From a virus (Duplodnaviria; Heunggongvirae; Uroviricota; Caudoviricetes), in IMG/VR virus record IMGVR_UViG_2706795442_000001: 64,000 bases of DNA; one strand, 5' to 3'. This document shows, one piece after another, positions 29,915 to 39,714 of this stretch. The translations under genes were made by a program, and so were the position numbers. The notes beneath the pieces were generated by a model. It did no database searches and was not told where the DNA came from. It saw only the letters and a program-made list of their open reading frames with translations. How positions within the stretch are numbered: position 1 is the first letter of the stretch; each line of letters opens with the position of its first letter.

Positions 29915-29945
29915 ATTTAAAACTCCTTTACTTTATTATAGTTTG

Positions 29946-29974
29946 ATTATATAATAAAAAACACCCCTTGTCAA
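29946..29974 (-). promoter_or_regulatory. sigma70-type promoter TTGACA-17-TATAAT embedded in a terminator hairpin
   Basis: Minus strand reads TTGACA aggggtgttttttatta TATAAT. The -35 hexamer sits in the loop of hairpin 29961-29980, which overlaps the stop codon of gene 29971..31116. Confidence 0.55.
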
Positions 29975-31116
29975 GGGTGTTTTAAAAATTCTGTTGGGTT
30001 TTTATAACTTGGTTTTTGAACCTCTAATTTACCTTCTAAATTGTTATAGGTAAGAGTAGGAGTATTTTCAACGTCAAAAGGAATAATCTCTTTACTTTTA
30101 TTCAATATTTCATCTATCTCGCTCATTAAGTGAGAAAAATCCGCAAATGACGATTCAACTTTGTTTAAATTGTTTTTACGGAAGCTATAAGTTTTTCTAA
30201 AAGGCTTAATAATAAAATGATATACGTTGTTTTTTCTTACATAATCAAATTCTAAAGAATAATCATCGTGCACCTTTAAACTTTTCTCTTGTAAAATATA
30301 TCCATTAATTGGTATTTTTGTAATACTATCAAAAGCATCTTGAAAGTTTGATAGGTCATACAATAATTCATTAGTATATGATTCTATTTTTTCTAAAATA
30401 TTATTATTATTTACTACTTTATAATTAGGGATAGCAGAATAAAAAGACATTCTATCTAAAGATATTGCTCTTCCTTTTGAGAAATTGACATTTAATGATA
30501 AAAAATTGTTATAGTCATTTTCTGTTAATAGTAATATTTTTAACTCGTCTGATAAAATAAATAAACTAATAACAAACGGGATATTTGAATATTTAAAATG
30601 TGTAGATAGTAATTCATCATTATTAATATACTTACTGATTTTTTGTCTTGTGTCGTTAAAAGTATCAATATTTTTGTTTAAACTGTGAATACTATTTTGA
30701 ATATCTTTAATTATAAATGGTACTGTTTCTTTAAATTCTTTTTTGTATAGTTCATTTTTACTTAAGGTTTTCGTGTAAGAATAATGTAAATCGTACTTTT
30801 TATTACATGTAGTAATTGTAATCACACCGAAAAAACCTGTATAAGAAAAGTCTATATATGCTGATACTTTATATTCGTCAGATATATTATAAGTAAATTT
30901 AGATAGTTTTAGTTTTGTATTGTTTTCATCAAATGAATAATTAGGAAATATTTTTTCTAATTGCTTACCTATCTCTTTGTACATATACTCTCTTGATACT
31001 TCTTCTTTTTTATTAACAACATTATCAACTTTGTTTTTCATTATATCTGAATGATACACATACATTAACACTAAAGCAATAACAATTAGTAATAAACCAA
31101 TTAATAAAAATAGCAT
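29971..31116 (-). CDS. membrane-anchored hypothetical protein (381 aa)
   Basis: N-terminal TM segment. Confidence 0.45.
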   Translation of the reverse strand: MLFLLIGLLLIVIALVLMYVYHSDIMKNKVDNVVNKKEEVSREYMYKEIGKQLEKIFPNYSFDENNTKLKLSKFTYNISDEYKVSAYIDFSYTGFFGVITITTCNKKYDLHYSYTKTLSKNELYKKEFKETVPFIIKDIQNSIHSLNKNIDTFNDTRQKISKYINNDELLSTHFKYSNIPFVISLFILSDELKILLLTENDYNNFLSLNVNFSKGRAISLDRMSFYSAIPNYKVVNNNNILEKIESYTNELLYDLSNFQDAFDSITKIPINGYILQEKSLKVHDDYSLEFDYVRKNNVYHFIIKPFRKTYSFRKNNLNKVESSFADFSHLMSEIDEILNKSKEIIPFDVENTPTLTYNNLEGKLEVQKPSYKNPTEFLKHP

Positions 31117-31134
31117 TATAATTAATCTCTCCTT

Positions 31135-31488
31135 TTATTTTTTAAGAAACTCTTCGATTTTATTTTGTTTTTCTATACTTTCGTTTCGTTTTTTCTGTTT
31201 TTCATTTACATACTCTTCATAATAAACATCAATTAAATCAAATACATTATCAGACTTATAAATTCTTGCATTCGCTATATCTATACTAAAATCAGTGGTT
31301 AAGTCGATATATGTCGTCCATGTGTTATTTTTTACAAATACTAAAGTTGAAATTATATCATTTTCGATATAACGTATTTCATAACCATCTCTTAAACTAT
31401 ATATTTTATCGTTACTTTGAGTTTTCGACGACCCATGTGTTTTAATATATTGTGCTAAATCTAAAATATTAAAATCCATTCTTATCAA
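31135..31488 (-). CDS. hypothetical protein
   Basis: ORF present. Confidence 0.4.
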   Translation of the reverse strand: MIRMDFNILDLAQYIKTHGSSKTQSNDKIYSLRDGYEIRYIENDIISTLVFVKNNTWTTYIDLTTDFSIDIANARIYKSDNVFDLIDVYYEEYVNEKQKKRNESIEKQNKIEEFLKK

Positions 31489-31510
31489 TCTCCTTATTTA
31501 TTATATATAA

Positions 31511-31539
31511 ACTATAACATAGAAAAAGACCCCTGTCAA
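31511..31539 (-). promoter_or_regulatory. promoter TTGACA-17-TATAGT with the -35 hexamer in a hairpin loop
   Basis: Minus strand reads TTGACA ggggtctttttctatgt TATAGT. The hairpin GACCCCtgtcaatAGGGGTC lies at 31528-31547. Confidence 0.55.
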
Positions 31540-31592
31540 TAGGGGTCAAGTCAAAAGTTTAACATTTTTTTCATTTTCAATAATTAATTACA

Positions 31593-32387
31593 TTACTTTA
31601 AGTTAACAATAGGGTCTCCACCAATATTAATTGGTTGGTCGCCCTTCCATTTTTCAATAAGTTGTTTTTGTAATAACTCATCACTTAATGATTGTTCTAC
31701 GATTTCATTTGCTTTCTTAGTACCTTTTGCTTCAATTTCTTTACGTTCAGCTTCTTCCTTAGCAATTTGTTTGTCTACTTTTTTACGTTCTAATTCTTGA
31801 TTTGCTTTAACACGACTGTCAATTGCTTTTTGAGTGTTCTTGTCAGCTTTTGGAGAACTTAAAGCAATATCCTCAACAATAAATCCTTGACCTTTAAGAT
31901 TCTCTTCAAGTTTATCTAAAGTAGATTTTTTAATTTCACTTGTTTTAACACCGAAAGCATCAATTACTGAATACTTAGAAACAGATTGACGTACGTTATC
32001 TTGTACTCTTGAACGTAGATAACCTTTTTCTAGTTGTTCAATATCTGCACTACCGAAGCGATTAAACAATTCAACAGCTTTTGAACTATCAACTTTATAG
32101 TTTACATCAATATCTAAATTAAGATTTTTACCATCTGACGTTGATACATTCATGTCTTTGTAACTAATGGTTTGTGTTCTTGTCGGATATTCATTAACTC
32201 TATTCATTGGTGCTACTACATGCCAACCAGGACTTAAAGTATTGTCTTTGACCCCTTTAGGAGAGTATACAACACCTACTGTTCCTTGTGGAACTCTTTC
32301 AATACATAAGATTGCTATAACAAACAATACAATAACTCCCACCACTAATGCTGATAAGATACCACCTGCTTTAATTTTACTATTCAT
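31593..32387 (-). CDS. SPFH/band-7 (prohibitin/HflC-like) membrane protein
   Basis: N-terminal TM segment followed by the SPFH-type motif VPQGTVGVVYSPKG…PGWHVVAPMNRV…, then a coiled coil. Confidence 0.65.
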   Translation of the reverse strand: MNSKIKAGGILSALVVGVIVLFVIAILCIERVPQGTVGVVYSPKGVKDNTLSPGWHVVAPMNRVNEYPTRTQTISYKDMNVSTSDGKNLNLDIDVNYKVDSSKAVELFNRFGSADIEQLEKGYLRSRVQDNVRQSVSKYSVIDAFGVKTSEIKKSTLDKLEENLKGQGFIVEDIALSSPKADKNTQKAIDSRVKANQELERKKVDKQIAKEEAERKEIEAKGTKKANEIVEQSLSDELLQKQLIEKWKGDQPINIGGDPIVNLK

Positions 32388-32389
32388 AA

Positions 32390-32665
32390 TTAATCTTCTC
32401 CTCTTCTAATATCATCATGTAGTTTTTCTAATTCCTCAATATCATTGTCTAATTGTGCGACCTCTGATTCATAACCAGTGATTTTTTGTAGGGTATTTCT
32501 TTTATGCTGTTTAAAATTTATTTCACGTTCTATCCATGTTATTTCTCTGTCAGTTTCATTTTTTTCAATATGTTCTGTTACATAAGGAATTGTCTTTCTT
32601 ATGAAAATATATGAAACCATAAATATAATGCTAAACACTAACAAAAAAATTAATATCCATACCAT
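32390..32665 (-). CDS. small membrane-anchored protein
   Basis: N-terminal TM segment. Confidence 0.4.
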   Translation of the reverse strand: MVWILIFLLVFSIIFMVSYIFIRKTIPYVTEHIEKNETDREITWIEREINFKQHKRNTLQKITGYESEVAQLDNDIEELEKLHDDIRRGED

Positions 32666-32676
32666 TTATAGCACCT

Positions 32677-33369
32677 CTATGTTAATATTGTTAATGCTGA
32701 TTTAGACCAATTTTCTAAATCTAGTTTTTCAATCTCTTCTTTTGTTTTAAATGAACCTTCTAAAGTATCGGTTTCTTTAGATTCAACTGTCCAATTTTCT
32801 GGAATAACAATAACATTTAATACTCCTAAATGAACAGAATCAACCTCTGTTTTTTCGTTATATAATAAACCAATAATAGCTGATTCTTTAGTGATTTCAT
32901 AATGATTAGTAATTTCAATACCGTTGTCAGTTTTAATAGTAACTTCTTCTTCAAGTTCTCTTGAGTTATTTACTGCTAAAATATGTTCAAAATTCCAAGC
33001 GTGCTCTACCTCATTTTGATGTCCACCTATACCTATTGAAGATTTACCATGTAATCTAGATTCTCCACTGCCTTCAAGTCTAGTATAAGTAAAATATTTA
33101 TCTCCTTGCGCAATAATTGTGTAGGGAATTGGTTGAACGAAATCAAAATTCTCTTCTAAGTCTCCACGTCTACCAACAACCCCTGCAATTTCCCATAAAT
33201 TATTTAAAGTATTAACCATTGCATCATAGTCTTCTAAGTTAGTAGGAGCCAACACTTCTACATTTAACATGTCTTGAATTAAATTAATTTTTTCTAGTGC
33301 TGACTTATTAAGTGCTAAAATTTGTTCATCATTTTTATTCATAAATAATTTCTCCTTTTTAATATTCAA
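32677..33369 (-). CDS. hypothetical protein
   Basis: ORF present; contains a Gly-rich SIGIGGH motif. No confident family assignment. Confidence 0.4.
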   Translation of the reverse strand: MNIKKEKLFMNKNDEQILALNKSALEKINLIQDMLNVEVLAPTNLEDYDAMVNTLNNLWEIAGVVGRRGDLEENFDFVQPIPYTIIAQGDKYFTYTRLEGSGESRLHGKSSIGIGGHQNEVEHAWNFEHILAVNNSRELEEEVTIKTDNGIEITNHYEITKESAIIGLLYNEKTEVDSVHLGVLNVIVIPENWTVESKETDTLEGSFKTKEEIEKLDLENWSKSALTILT

Positions 33370-33628
33370 ATTTTAATTCAGCATTTTCTGTGTCAGATAC
33401 TAGTACATAGTCATCTGATACAGTGCTTAAATCAATAGGCTCGTCAAAAGCTAATACAATAGATTTTTCGTTAGGTTCATATTTTTGGAATTTAACCAAG
33501 TTGTATTTATCAGCGTGTTTAACTACCATCATAATGTGGTGTTCATCATTTTTGGATAACTTGTGTTTAACCAAATCTCCCACCTTCAAATCTAATTTAC
33601 GATTTCCTTCTTGAAAAATAAACTTCAT
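33359..33628 (-). CDS. hypothetical protein
   Basis: ORF present. Confidence 0.4.
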   Translation of the reverse strand: MKFIFQEGNRKLDLKVGDLVKHKLSKNDEHHIMMVVKHADKYNLVKFQKYEPNEKSIVLAFDEPIDLSTVSDDYVLVSDTENAELKFEY

Positions 33629-33659
33629 AATATTTTCTCCTTTCTAACAATCTAATAAT

Positions 33660-33688
33660 AGTATAACAGATGAAAAATCATCTGTCAA
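33660..33688 (-). promoter_or_regulatory. promoter TTGACA-17-TATACT with a hairpin in the spacer
   Basis: Minus strand reads TTGACA gatgatttttcatctgt TATACT. The hairpin lies at 33666-33685. Confidence 0.5.
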
Positions 33689-33691
33689 CTA

Positions 33692-36600
33692 TTATTTTTG
33701 TAATTTATAAATGTAATTTTTGTTGCATTCTTCTATTTTAATAACTGGATTCCTATATATATTATTACCTTTTACATTAAATGCTTCTCCGTTTTTATAT
33801 CCTAATAACACCAGTTTTGTGCCACGTTCCCACCAAGACTTCTCATTTTCAGTCTCTTCTTGGTATTTTGTATACATTCGTCTAGTAAGTTTTGCAGTAA
33901 TTACACCAGAATCTTTAGTTAATATATATACTAGTTTCTTTTGATTGACATATCCAACAACTACTCCAGTGATAGCGCTAATTTCATATTCTTTAAAACC
34001 ACGTGAATTAGTTTTCAAATAAGGTAAATTCTTTAGTTGCTTAAATTCGGATATGTCGTGTTTTTTTGCGACTTTATCAGTATCAATGACAAATTCATCA
34101 GAATTGAATAATATAGTATCAATTTCCCATTCTGGAATAGTGCCTTGACATTCTTTTACCCAATATTCTTGTCGTTTTTTCTTAGTAAATTCTTTAGCGT
34201 ATTGTGGTTTTTTAATTTCTTCTTTTAAAGGTTTTATTTCTTTATTGTAATATTTTTCAAATGATTTAATGTCTATTACTAACTCATCTTCTAAAGTGTA
34301 ATCAACATGTTTAGAATAGTTTTGTATAAATATTTTTTCTATTTCTTCGTTCATCGGTCCTTTATTTCTGCCTTTAATTCTACTTCTAAAATCATGCAGC
34401 GCCAATAGTTTATTGTATTTATCTGGTATTATATCCCTATAATAATCTAATTGAGACATTGTTACTTTTTCTTTTTGTGGTACTTCTAGCTTTACTAATT
34501 TAGCCATTATATGGCGTCTATCTAATTCTTCTAATGAATCCATAGCACCAGATTTAATTAATGAAATAGTTTTTTTAGTGCTTGTTAGTTTAGTATCAAC
34601 CATTTTTTCATAATAATCTTTTAATGATTTAAATGGTCTATTTTCAATAATAGCATCTAATGTGTTAGTATCTAAACCTAGTATTGGTTTTAATCCATAT
34701 AAAACTTTTCCGTTCTGTGCAGTAAATTTAAGTTGAGATTTATTAATGTCTGGTAAAATAATATCATCACTCATACTGTTTACTGCTATAGAAACTTCTG
34801 CATAGTCAGTGCCTTTAGTTAAATTACCTTCAAGACCAGAGTTAATATTGAGACAGGCTGTTTTCCAATAACCTAAACCATATTTATACGCAATATTCAT
34901 TTCCACCATTAAAACTAGTGTATATGCTACCACGTGCGGTAATGAAAATGCGTAATTAAATTGTAACGCAAACTGTTCTTCAAGTATATATCTAGCAAAC
35001 TCTTCTCGTTGATTGTTATTTTTCATAACTTGCATAAATTCTTTAGACGCATTCTCGATTTTTTTCTCATCTTTTTTTCCTACTGATTTTCTAAACTTAT
35101 TTGCAAAAGTTAATCCACCATTGGCTATTTTAGGGTCAATAATAATATTCATAAGTATTTCTTGTGTGTCACAAATACCAGTTCTTGGCAGCAAGTGTTT
35201 TTCCATAAGCTCTTGTTCATGTTTAGTCAGTCCATATTTATCCATGTCTTGATACCATTCATTGATGTTTTGTTTATATCTTACAAACTTGTCAATTGGT
35301 TGTTCTCCTTCTGTTTGTAAACGAATAATTGTGTTAGTAATAGCCACTTCGTCAAAAGTGTTAGGTTTAATTTTGCGCATCGCATTTCTTGCAACTAGAG
35401 ACGACATTTGGAAAGCATCAAATATATCTCCTTTTGAAAGCATATCAAACATTCCATTAGAAGTCAAGTCTAATACGTCTGGGTGGAAATATTTATTATA
35501 TGTTTCTCTTAATGAGCCTTGCCATTTAATTTTACCATCTTCTAAAAGTAAATCCATTGCTTCTCTAATTCTACCTAGAGCTGAAATTGAAAGAAAATCC
35601 TCTTTTAATTCTCCACAATATTCTCCGTCTTCTGCGTTAAATTGTGTAACTGTTAATCCTTTTGTTGTTTTCATCATTGCATTTTCTTTTAGAAAACTAT
35701 GTGGATAAAAAATAACAGAACTTGCATGTTGAGAACGACCACTAATCAATCCCTCTATAGATAACATAACATCTTTTAATCCGTCGTGTTTCTCCACACG
35801 TTCAATAAATTCTTTAACAGGTTTTCTTTCTTTTTTTTCATTACCAAAGAAACAGTCTGATACAGACCATAAAGAAGCTCCTTCTGATGGTATTAAGTTT
35901 GCAATATTATGTTGTTCAGCAACGTCTAATCCATATCCACGTGTAGCAGTTATAACTGTAGACTTAGGTCCTTCTGTAGTGAAAGTACAACTATTAAGGA
36001 TTTTGTCATTACCATATCTCTTTCTTGCCAATTCAACAATTTGTTCACGTTTAGAAGCCTCAGCATCGATGTCGATGTCGGGTAATGATTGTCTTTCTTT
36101 ACTTAAGAAACGATAGTATGGTAAGTCATAATCTAGTGGATTAAATTGAACAATATCTAGTAGATAGTTCGTATAATAACAAGCAGCTGAACCACGTGCA
36201 GGTCCTACTAAACTAACTTCCCACATCATGTCAATAATATCTTGTGTTAGTACAAAATAACTTGATAATGGTTGTCCTAATCCTTCTGATATTTCCCATA
36301 TTTGCTCTAATTCAATCTCTATTCTATCTAAATGTTCCTTATTAAACTCTTGATTATGTGATAGCATACCTTCTCCAATAAGGTGTAGATAGTATCTATC
36401 CATATCTCTTTCAGAGTTTTTAAATTTATTAATATAAATATAGTCATCAAGATAATTTTCGAACAAGTTTTTATCATTATATCTTGGTATATCAATATTT
36501 GGGACTTGAGTTTTTTGTTTAAAATTAATAGGTTCTAATCTTTTCATTAAATCATGTGTATTTTGAATTAATTCTTCTAGTAATTCTTTATTAAAATATT

Positions 36601-38659
36601 CTAGCAATTCGGCTTTGTCCATGATATATGTCGTATTATAAAAACTGTCTACTTCACGCTCTCCGTTGCTTGCTTGTAAGTAAGTTTTATGTGCAAAAGC
36701 CTGTTTTTTATTTAAATAATGAGCATCTGTAGTTATAATTGGAGTTAAATCATACACTTTACAAAGTTGTAGTAGCATATCATTTACAATTTGTTGTTCT
36801 TGTTTCACATCAGCATTTGATTTATCATGTTTAATTGCTGGTTGTAGCTCAAGATAAAAGTTCTCTTTGCCTACTAAGTTAATAAAGAACATAATAAAGT
36901 TGTGTATTTTTTTCTTATCTTCTATTGAACCTGTTTTATCATATTCTAAGATATATTGTGATAACGGGCTACCGAGACAATTGTGTACTGTTGCGCCTTC
37001 AATGATAAATGAGTGATTTTTATTTACTTTCATACAATGAACTTTTTCTACTTTTGTAGATTTAGATATGTTTTTTATTCTATTTTTCATATACGAAACA
37101 CCATCTACTATTACAGGAACATCATTGAAAGACATATCTTTGTCAGTTATTATAAAGTCATTATCATTATCACAAAAGTCCTTTAATTTTGTAGCTTTAG
37201 CTCCACCTAAAGAAAGATAGTAAGATTTTTGATGATGAACACCATTTTTATCTATTCTCTCTTCTGAAGAACTAATTATAGGATTTATTTTAAATTTAAA
37301 GAATACTTCTTTAATATCTTGAATTAAATCATATGAGATAGATGAATATACAAATTCTTTTCTAGGTTTTTTTCTAAAATACCCATCACTATGAGCCAAA
37401 CCTTTTAACAAGTATTGTAATTTATTCTTAGGGAGCTGTTTTATAATAGTTGGAATATGTTTGTTTAATGCTCCTTTTTTATTATTAAATAACCAATCCC
37501 AAAAATCTCTATTATCTTTTCCAAACACTGTAATATCACTTCTAGTATTTTCTTTTCTATGTCGTACAGTAGCATTAAGTCCTTTAGATTTAAAGTATTT
37601 TAAAATAAATTCCGTTTTTTCTTTATCGTTATAATTTAAAGTAAAACCAAAATCATATGGGGAATGTCCAAAATGTCCATCTCCAATAAATAATCCAAGC
37701 ACATACAGGAAATCTTTATCTACTTTATATTGTGTGTTGCCATGTTTTAATACTGTCATATCTTGAGTTGTATAATTAATAGGTGTTAATAAATAGTCGT
37801 TTTCTTTTAAATACTTTGCTTCTACCCAATTAGGATATTCATATGAAGCTCGTTGTTTCGCTCTTTGTAGGATTCCTGCTTTTTTATTTCTGTCCATATC
37901 TTTAGAATAATTCTTTTCACTTTTTATTTCTTCATATTTACCATTATGTTTTTTATTATTTCCAACCCAATATTTATTAGGTAAAACGAGAAATTTATGA
38001 TTATCTGTACTTTCAATAGGTAAGACACTGTTTGAAACGTCTAAAGATATAAAGTTACCATTATATATTCTTGATGTCGGATTTAATACTTTTTGAAAAC
38101 TACCATCTTCTGTCATTACAATATCTCCAGATTTAATATCTTCTATATTTTTATTGCCACTAATTGTTTTTACTTTTTGTCCTTTAGTGAAGCATGCCGA
38201 GCTGAAGATTACATCATTCTCATATCCTTTAACCAATTCTTCAATATCTTCAAAGTAGGTAGGTGTTCTTTCCATCCCCCTGTAGAAGAAGCTGTTCTGC
38301 CACTCTCTAGTTGTTAATTTCTTCAAGAACTCATAACCATGTTGATTTTTAGCTAGCACTAGAAAATGATAAAATTGCGTTTTTTCATTGTTTTCTACAG
38401 CTTCATTTATCGTATCTTTTTCTACTAAATAAAACTCATCTCCATATCCTAAGACAAAGTCTTTAAACTTGTCTTTATTATCTTCAATATATCTGTGCGC
38501 TCTTACGTGATTACTAATTGTCGCATGGTCTGTGATAGCTATACCTGGTAGACCTAATTCTAAAGCGTAATCTAAAAGGTCTTCTGGTCTATTAATTGCA
38601 TCACGTAAACGAAAGTTACTCGCATCTGTGTGATTATGAATAAGAAAAGGTTGATTCAT
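33692..38659 (-). CDS. DNA polymerase III alpha-type (DnaE-like) replicative polymerase, containing an intein
   Basis: The N-terminal PHP domain reads HNHTDASNF…GLPGIAITDHATISNHV. The protein is 1655 aa, about 1250 aa after the intein is removed. Confidence 0.85.
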   Translation of the reverse strand: MNQPFLIHNHTDASNFRLRDAINRPEDLLDYALELGLPGIAITDHATISNHVRAHRYIEDNKDKFKDFVLGYGDEFYLVEKDTINEAVENNEKTQFYHFLVLAKNQHGYEFLKKLTTREWQNSFFYRGMERTPTYFEDIEELVKGYENDVIFSSACFTKGQKVKTISGNKNIEDIKSGDIVMTEDGSFQKVLNPTSRIYNGNFISLDVSNSVLPIESTDNHKFLVLPNKYWVGNNKKHNGKYEEIKSEKNYSKDMDRNKKAGILQRAKQRASYEYPNWVEAKYLKENDYLLTPINYTTQDMTVLKHGNTQYKVDKDFLYVLGLFIGDGHFGHSPYDFGFTLNYNDKEKTEFILKYFKSKGLNATVRHRKENTRSDITVFGKDNRDFWDWLFNNKKGALNKHIPTIIKQLPKNKLQYLLKGLAHSDGYFRKKPRKEFVYSSISYDLIQDIKEVFFKFKINPIISSSEERIDKNGVHHQKSYYLSLGGAKATKLKDFCDNDNDFIITDKDMSFNDVPVIVDGVSYMKNRIKNISKSTKVEKVHCMKVNKNHSFIIEGATVHNCLGSPLSQYILEYDKTGSIEDKKKIHNFIMFFINLVGKENFYLELQPAIKHDKSNADVKQEQQIVNDMLLQLCKVYDLTPIITTDAHYLNKKQAFAHKTYLQASNGEREVDSFYNTTYIMDKAELLEYFNKELLEELIQNTHDLMKRLEPINFKQKTQVPNIDIPRYNDKNLFENYLDDYIYINKFKNSERDMDRYYLHLIGEGMLSHNQEFNKEHLDRIEIELEQIWEISEGLGQPLSSYFVLTQDIIDMMWEVSLVGPARGSAACYYTNYLLDIVQFNPLDYDLPYYRFLSKERQSLPDIDIDAEASKREQIVELARKRYGNDKILNSCTFTTEGPKSTVITATRGYGLDVAEQHNIANLIPSEGASLWSVSDCFFGNEKKERKPVKEFIERVEKHDGLKDVMLSIEGLISGRSQHASSVIFYPHSFLKENAMMKTTKGLTVTQFNAEDGEYCGELKEDFLSISALGRIREAMDLLLEDGKIKWQGSLRETYNKYFHPDVLDLTSNGMFDMLSKGDIFDAFQMSSLVARNAMRKIKPNTFDEVAITNTIIRLQTEGEQPIDKFVRYKQNINEWYQDMDKYGLTKHEQELMEKHLLPRTGICDTQEILMNIIIDPKIANGGLTFANKFRKSVGKKDEKKIENASKEFMQVMKNNNQREEFARYILEEQFALQFNYAFSLPHVVAYTLVLMVEMNIAYKYGLGYWKTACLNINSGLEGNLTKGTDYAEVSIAVNSMSDDIILPDINKSQLKFTAQNGKVLYGLKPILGLDTNTLDAIIENRPFKSLKDYYEKMVDTKLTSTKKTISLIKSGAMDSLEELDRRHIMAKLVKLEVPQKEKVTMSQLDYYRDIIPDKYNKLLALHDFRSRIKGRNKGPMNEEIEKIFIQNYSKHVDYTLEDELVIDIKSFEKYYNKEIKPLKEEIKKPQYAKEFTKKKRQEYWVKECQGTIPEWEIDTILFNSDEFVIDTDKVAKKHDISEFKQLKNLPYLKTNSRGFKEYEISAITGVVVGYVNQKKLVYILTKDSGVITAKLTRRMYTKYQEETENEKSWWERGTKLVLLGYKNGEAFNVKGNNIYRNPVIKIEECNKNYIYKLQK
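36980..38194 (-). mobile_element. intein (405 aa) with a LAGLIDADG homing endonuclease domain, inserted in the PHP domain of the polymerase
   Basis: Begins CFTKGQKVKTISG…GDIVMTEDG and ends …EGATVHN, followed by extein C(LGSPLS). LAGLIDADG blocks LYVLGLFIGDGHF and LLKGLAHSDGYF are present. Confidence 0.8.
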
Positions 38660-38660
38660 T

Positions 38661-39038
38661 TTATTGTTCCTCCATTTCTTTTAAAACTTCTATAAACTCT
38701 TTATTAATCTTATCAGAATCAACAATCTGTTTCATTTTTTCTTTTATGAAACCATTTATTTCATCCTTATTATTAATTTCACTGTCTACAATTGGTTCAT
38801 AAATATTTGGTCTTGAAGTTATATCTATAATATCCTCTTGTGAAACTATATGTTTTACTCCTTTTACTTTATCTGTTACATGCCACATCTTAAACATTAA
38901 ATAATGATTTACTTTATTATCCCTCATTCCGTATGATAATTGAATTTCAAATAATTCGTTTTCATATTCTTTTGTAAATTCTATCTGTTTTATTAAACTC
39001 ATAATATTTCCTCCTACTAAAAAACTTGTTAAGTACAT
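38661..39038 (-). CDS. hypothetical protein
   Basis: ORF present. Confidence 0.4.
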   Translation of the reverse strand: MYLTSFLVGGNIMSLIKQIEFTKEYENELFEIQLSYGMRDNKVNHYLMFKMWHVTDKVKGVKHIVSQEDIIDITSRPNIYEPIVDSEINNKDEINGFIKEKMKQIVDSDKINKEFIEVLKEMEEQ

Positions 39039-39067
39039 TATAGCATACTCAACAAGTTCTGTAAAGT

Positions 39068-39652
39068 CTAATTTAATTTTTTGTTTAAAATAATTGTTAT
39101 CAACGTAGCAATCCCCATCATAACAAGGTTTACTGATTCTGTAATAATAGCACTTAAAGGCGCATGAGTTACACTCATATTAATAATCATAATACCTAAT
39201 CCAGCGCTAAATCCTACATAAAGCAAATAGTTAACACCTTGAGCTGTCTTTTTATACATAAGGTGTGCGATTTGTTCTAAATATGCAAATGCAATTAGAA
39301 ATGATGACCAATGTTGAACAATATCATTTGGAACCCAATATATAAGCACACTAGAAGCAAATGCAAACATCATTAAATATACCCATAAACCATATACTTT
39401 ATGTTTTTTAAATGACACTAATAACAGTATCAATAATGCAATCACTGCATTAATACATTGTGGCACTATAACATACCAAACAGATTGTTCTTCTATAAGC
39501 GTTGACGCTGTAATTGTAGTCGCTAAAGCTATACATAACCAAAATACTTTAGAAACTCCCCTTATATTTTTAACTGAAAACAACGTTTTTATCTGTGGTA
39601 TATATGCTAAAATAAATAACACAGATACTATTAAACCAAGAATAGCTTGCAT
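39068..39652 (-). CDS. PnuC-like nicotinamide riboside transporter family membrane protein
   Basis: Multi-TM protein. The N-terminal YIPQIKTL is PnuC-type. Confidence 0.5.
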   Translation of the reverse strand: MQAILGLIVSVLFILAYIPQIKTLFSVKNIRGVSKVFWLCIALATTITASTLIEEQSVWYVIVPQCINAVIALLILLLVSFKKHKVYGLWVYLMMFAFASSVLIYWVPNDIVQHWSSFLIAFAYLEQIAHLMYKKTAQGVNYLLYVGFSAGLGIMIINMSVTHAPLSAIITESVNLVMMGIATLITIILNKKLN

Positions 39653-39714
39653 ACAACATTCCTCCTATTTATAAAATTAGGGCAAGTGAAAACCTGCCCT
39701 TTAAAAGTTAAGTT

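Noticed and set aside
33720-35708. Plus-strand ORFs inside the DNA polymerase gene (33720-33944, 35013-35252, 35262-35708, 38093-38317)
   Set aside because: They are antisense to a continuous, motif-rich polymerase/intein frame.
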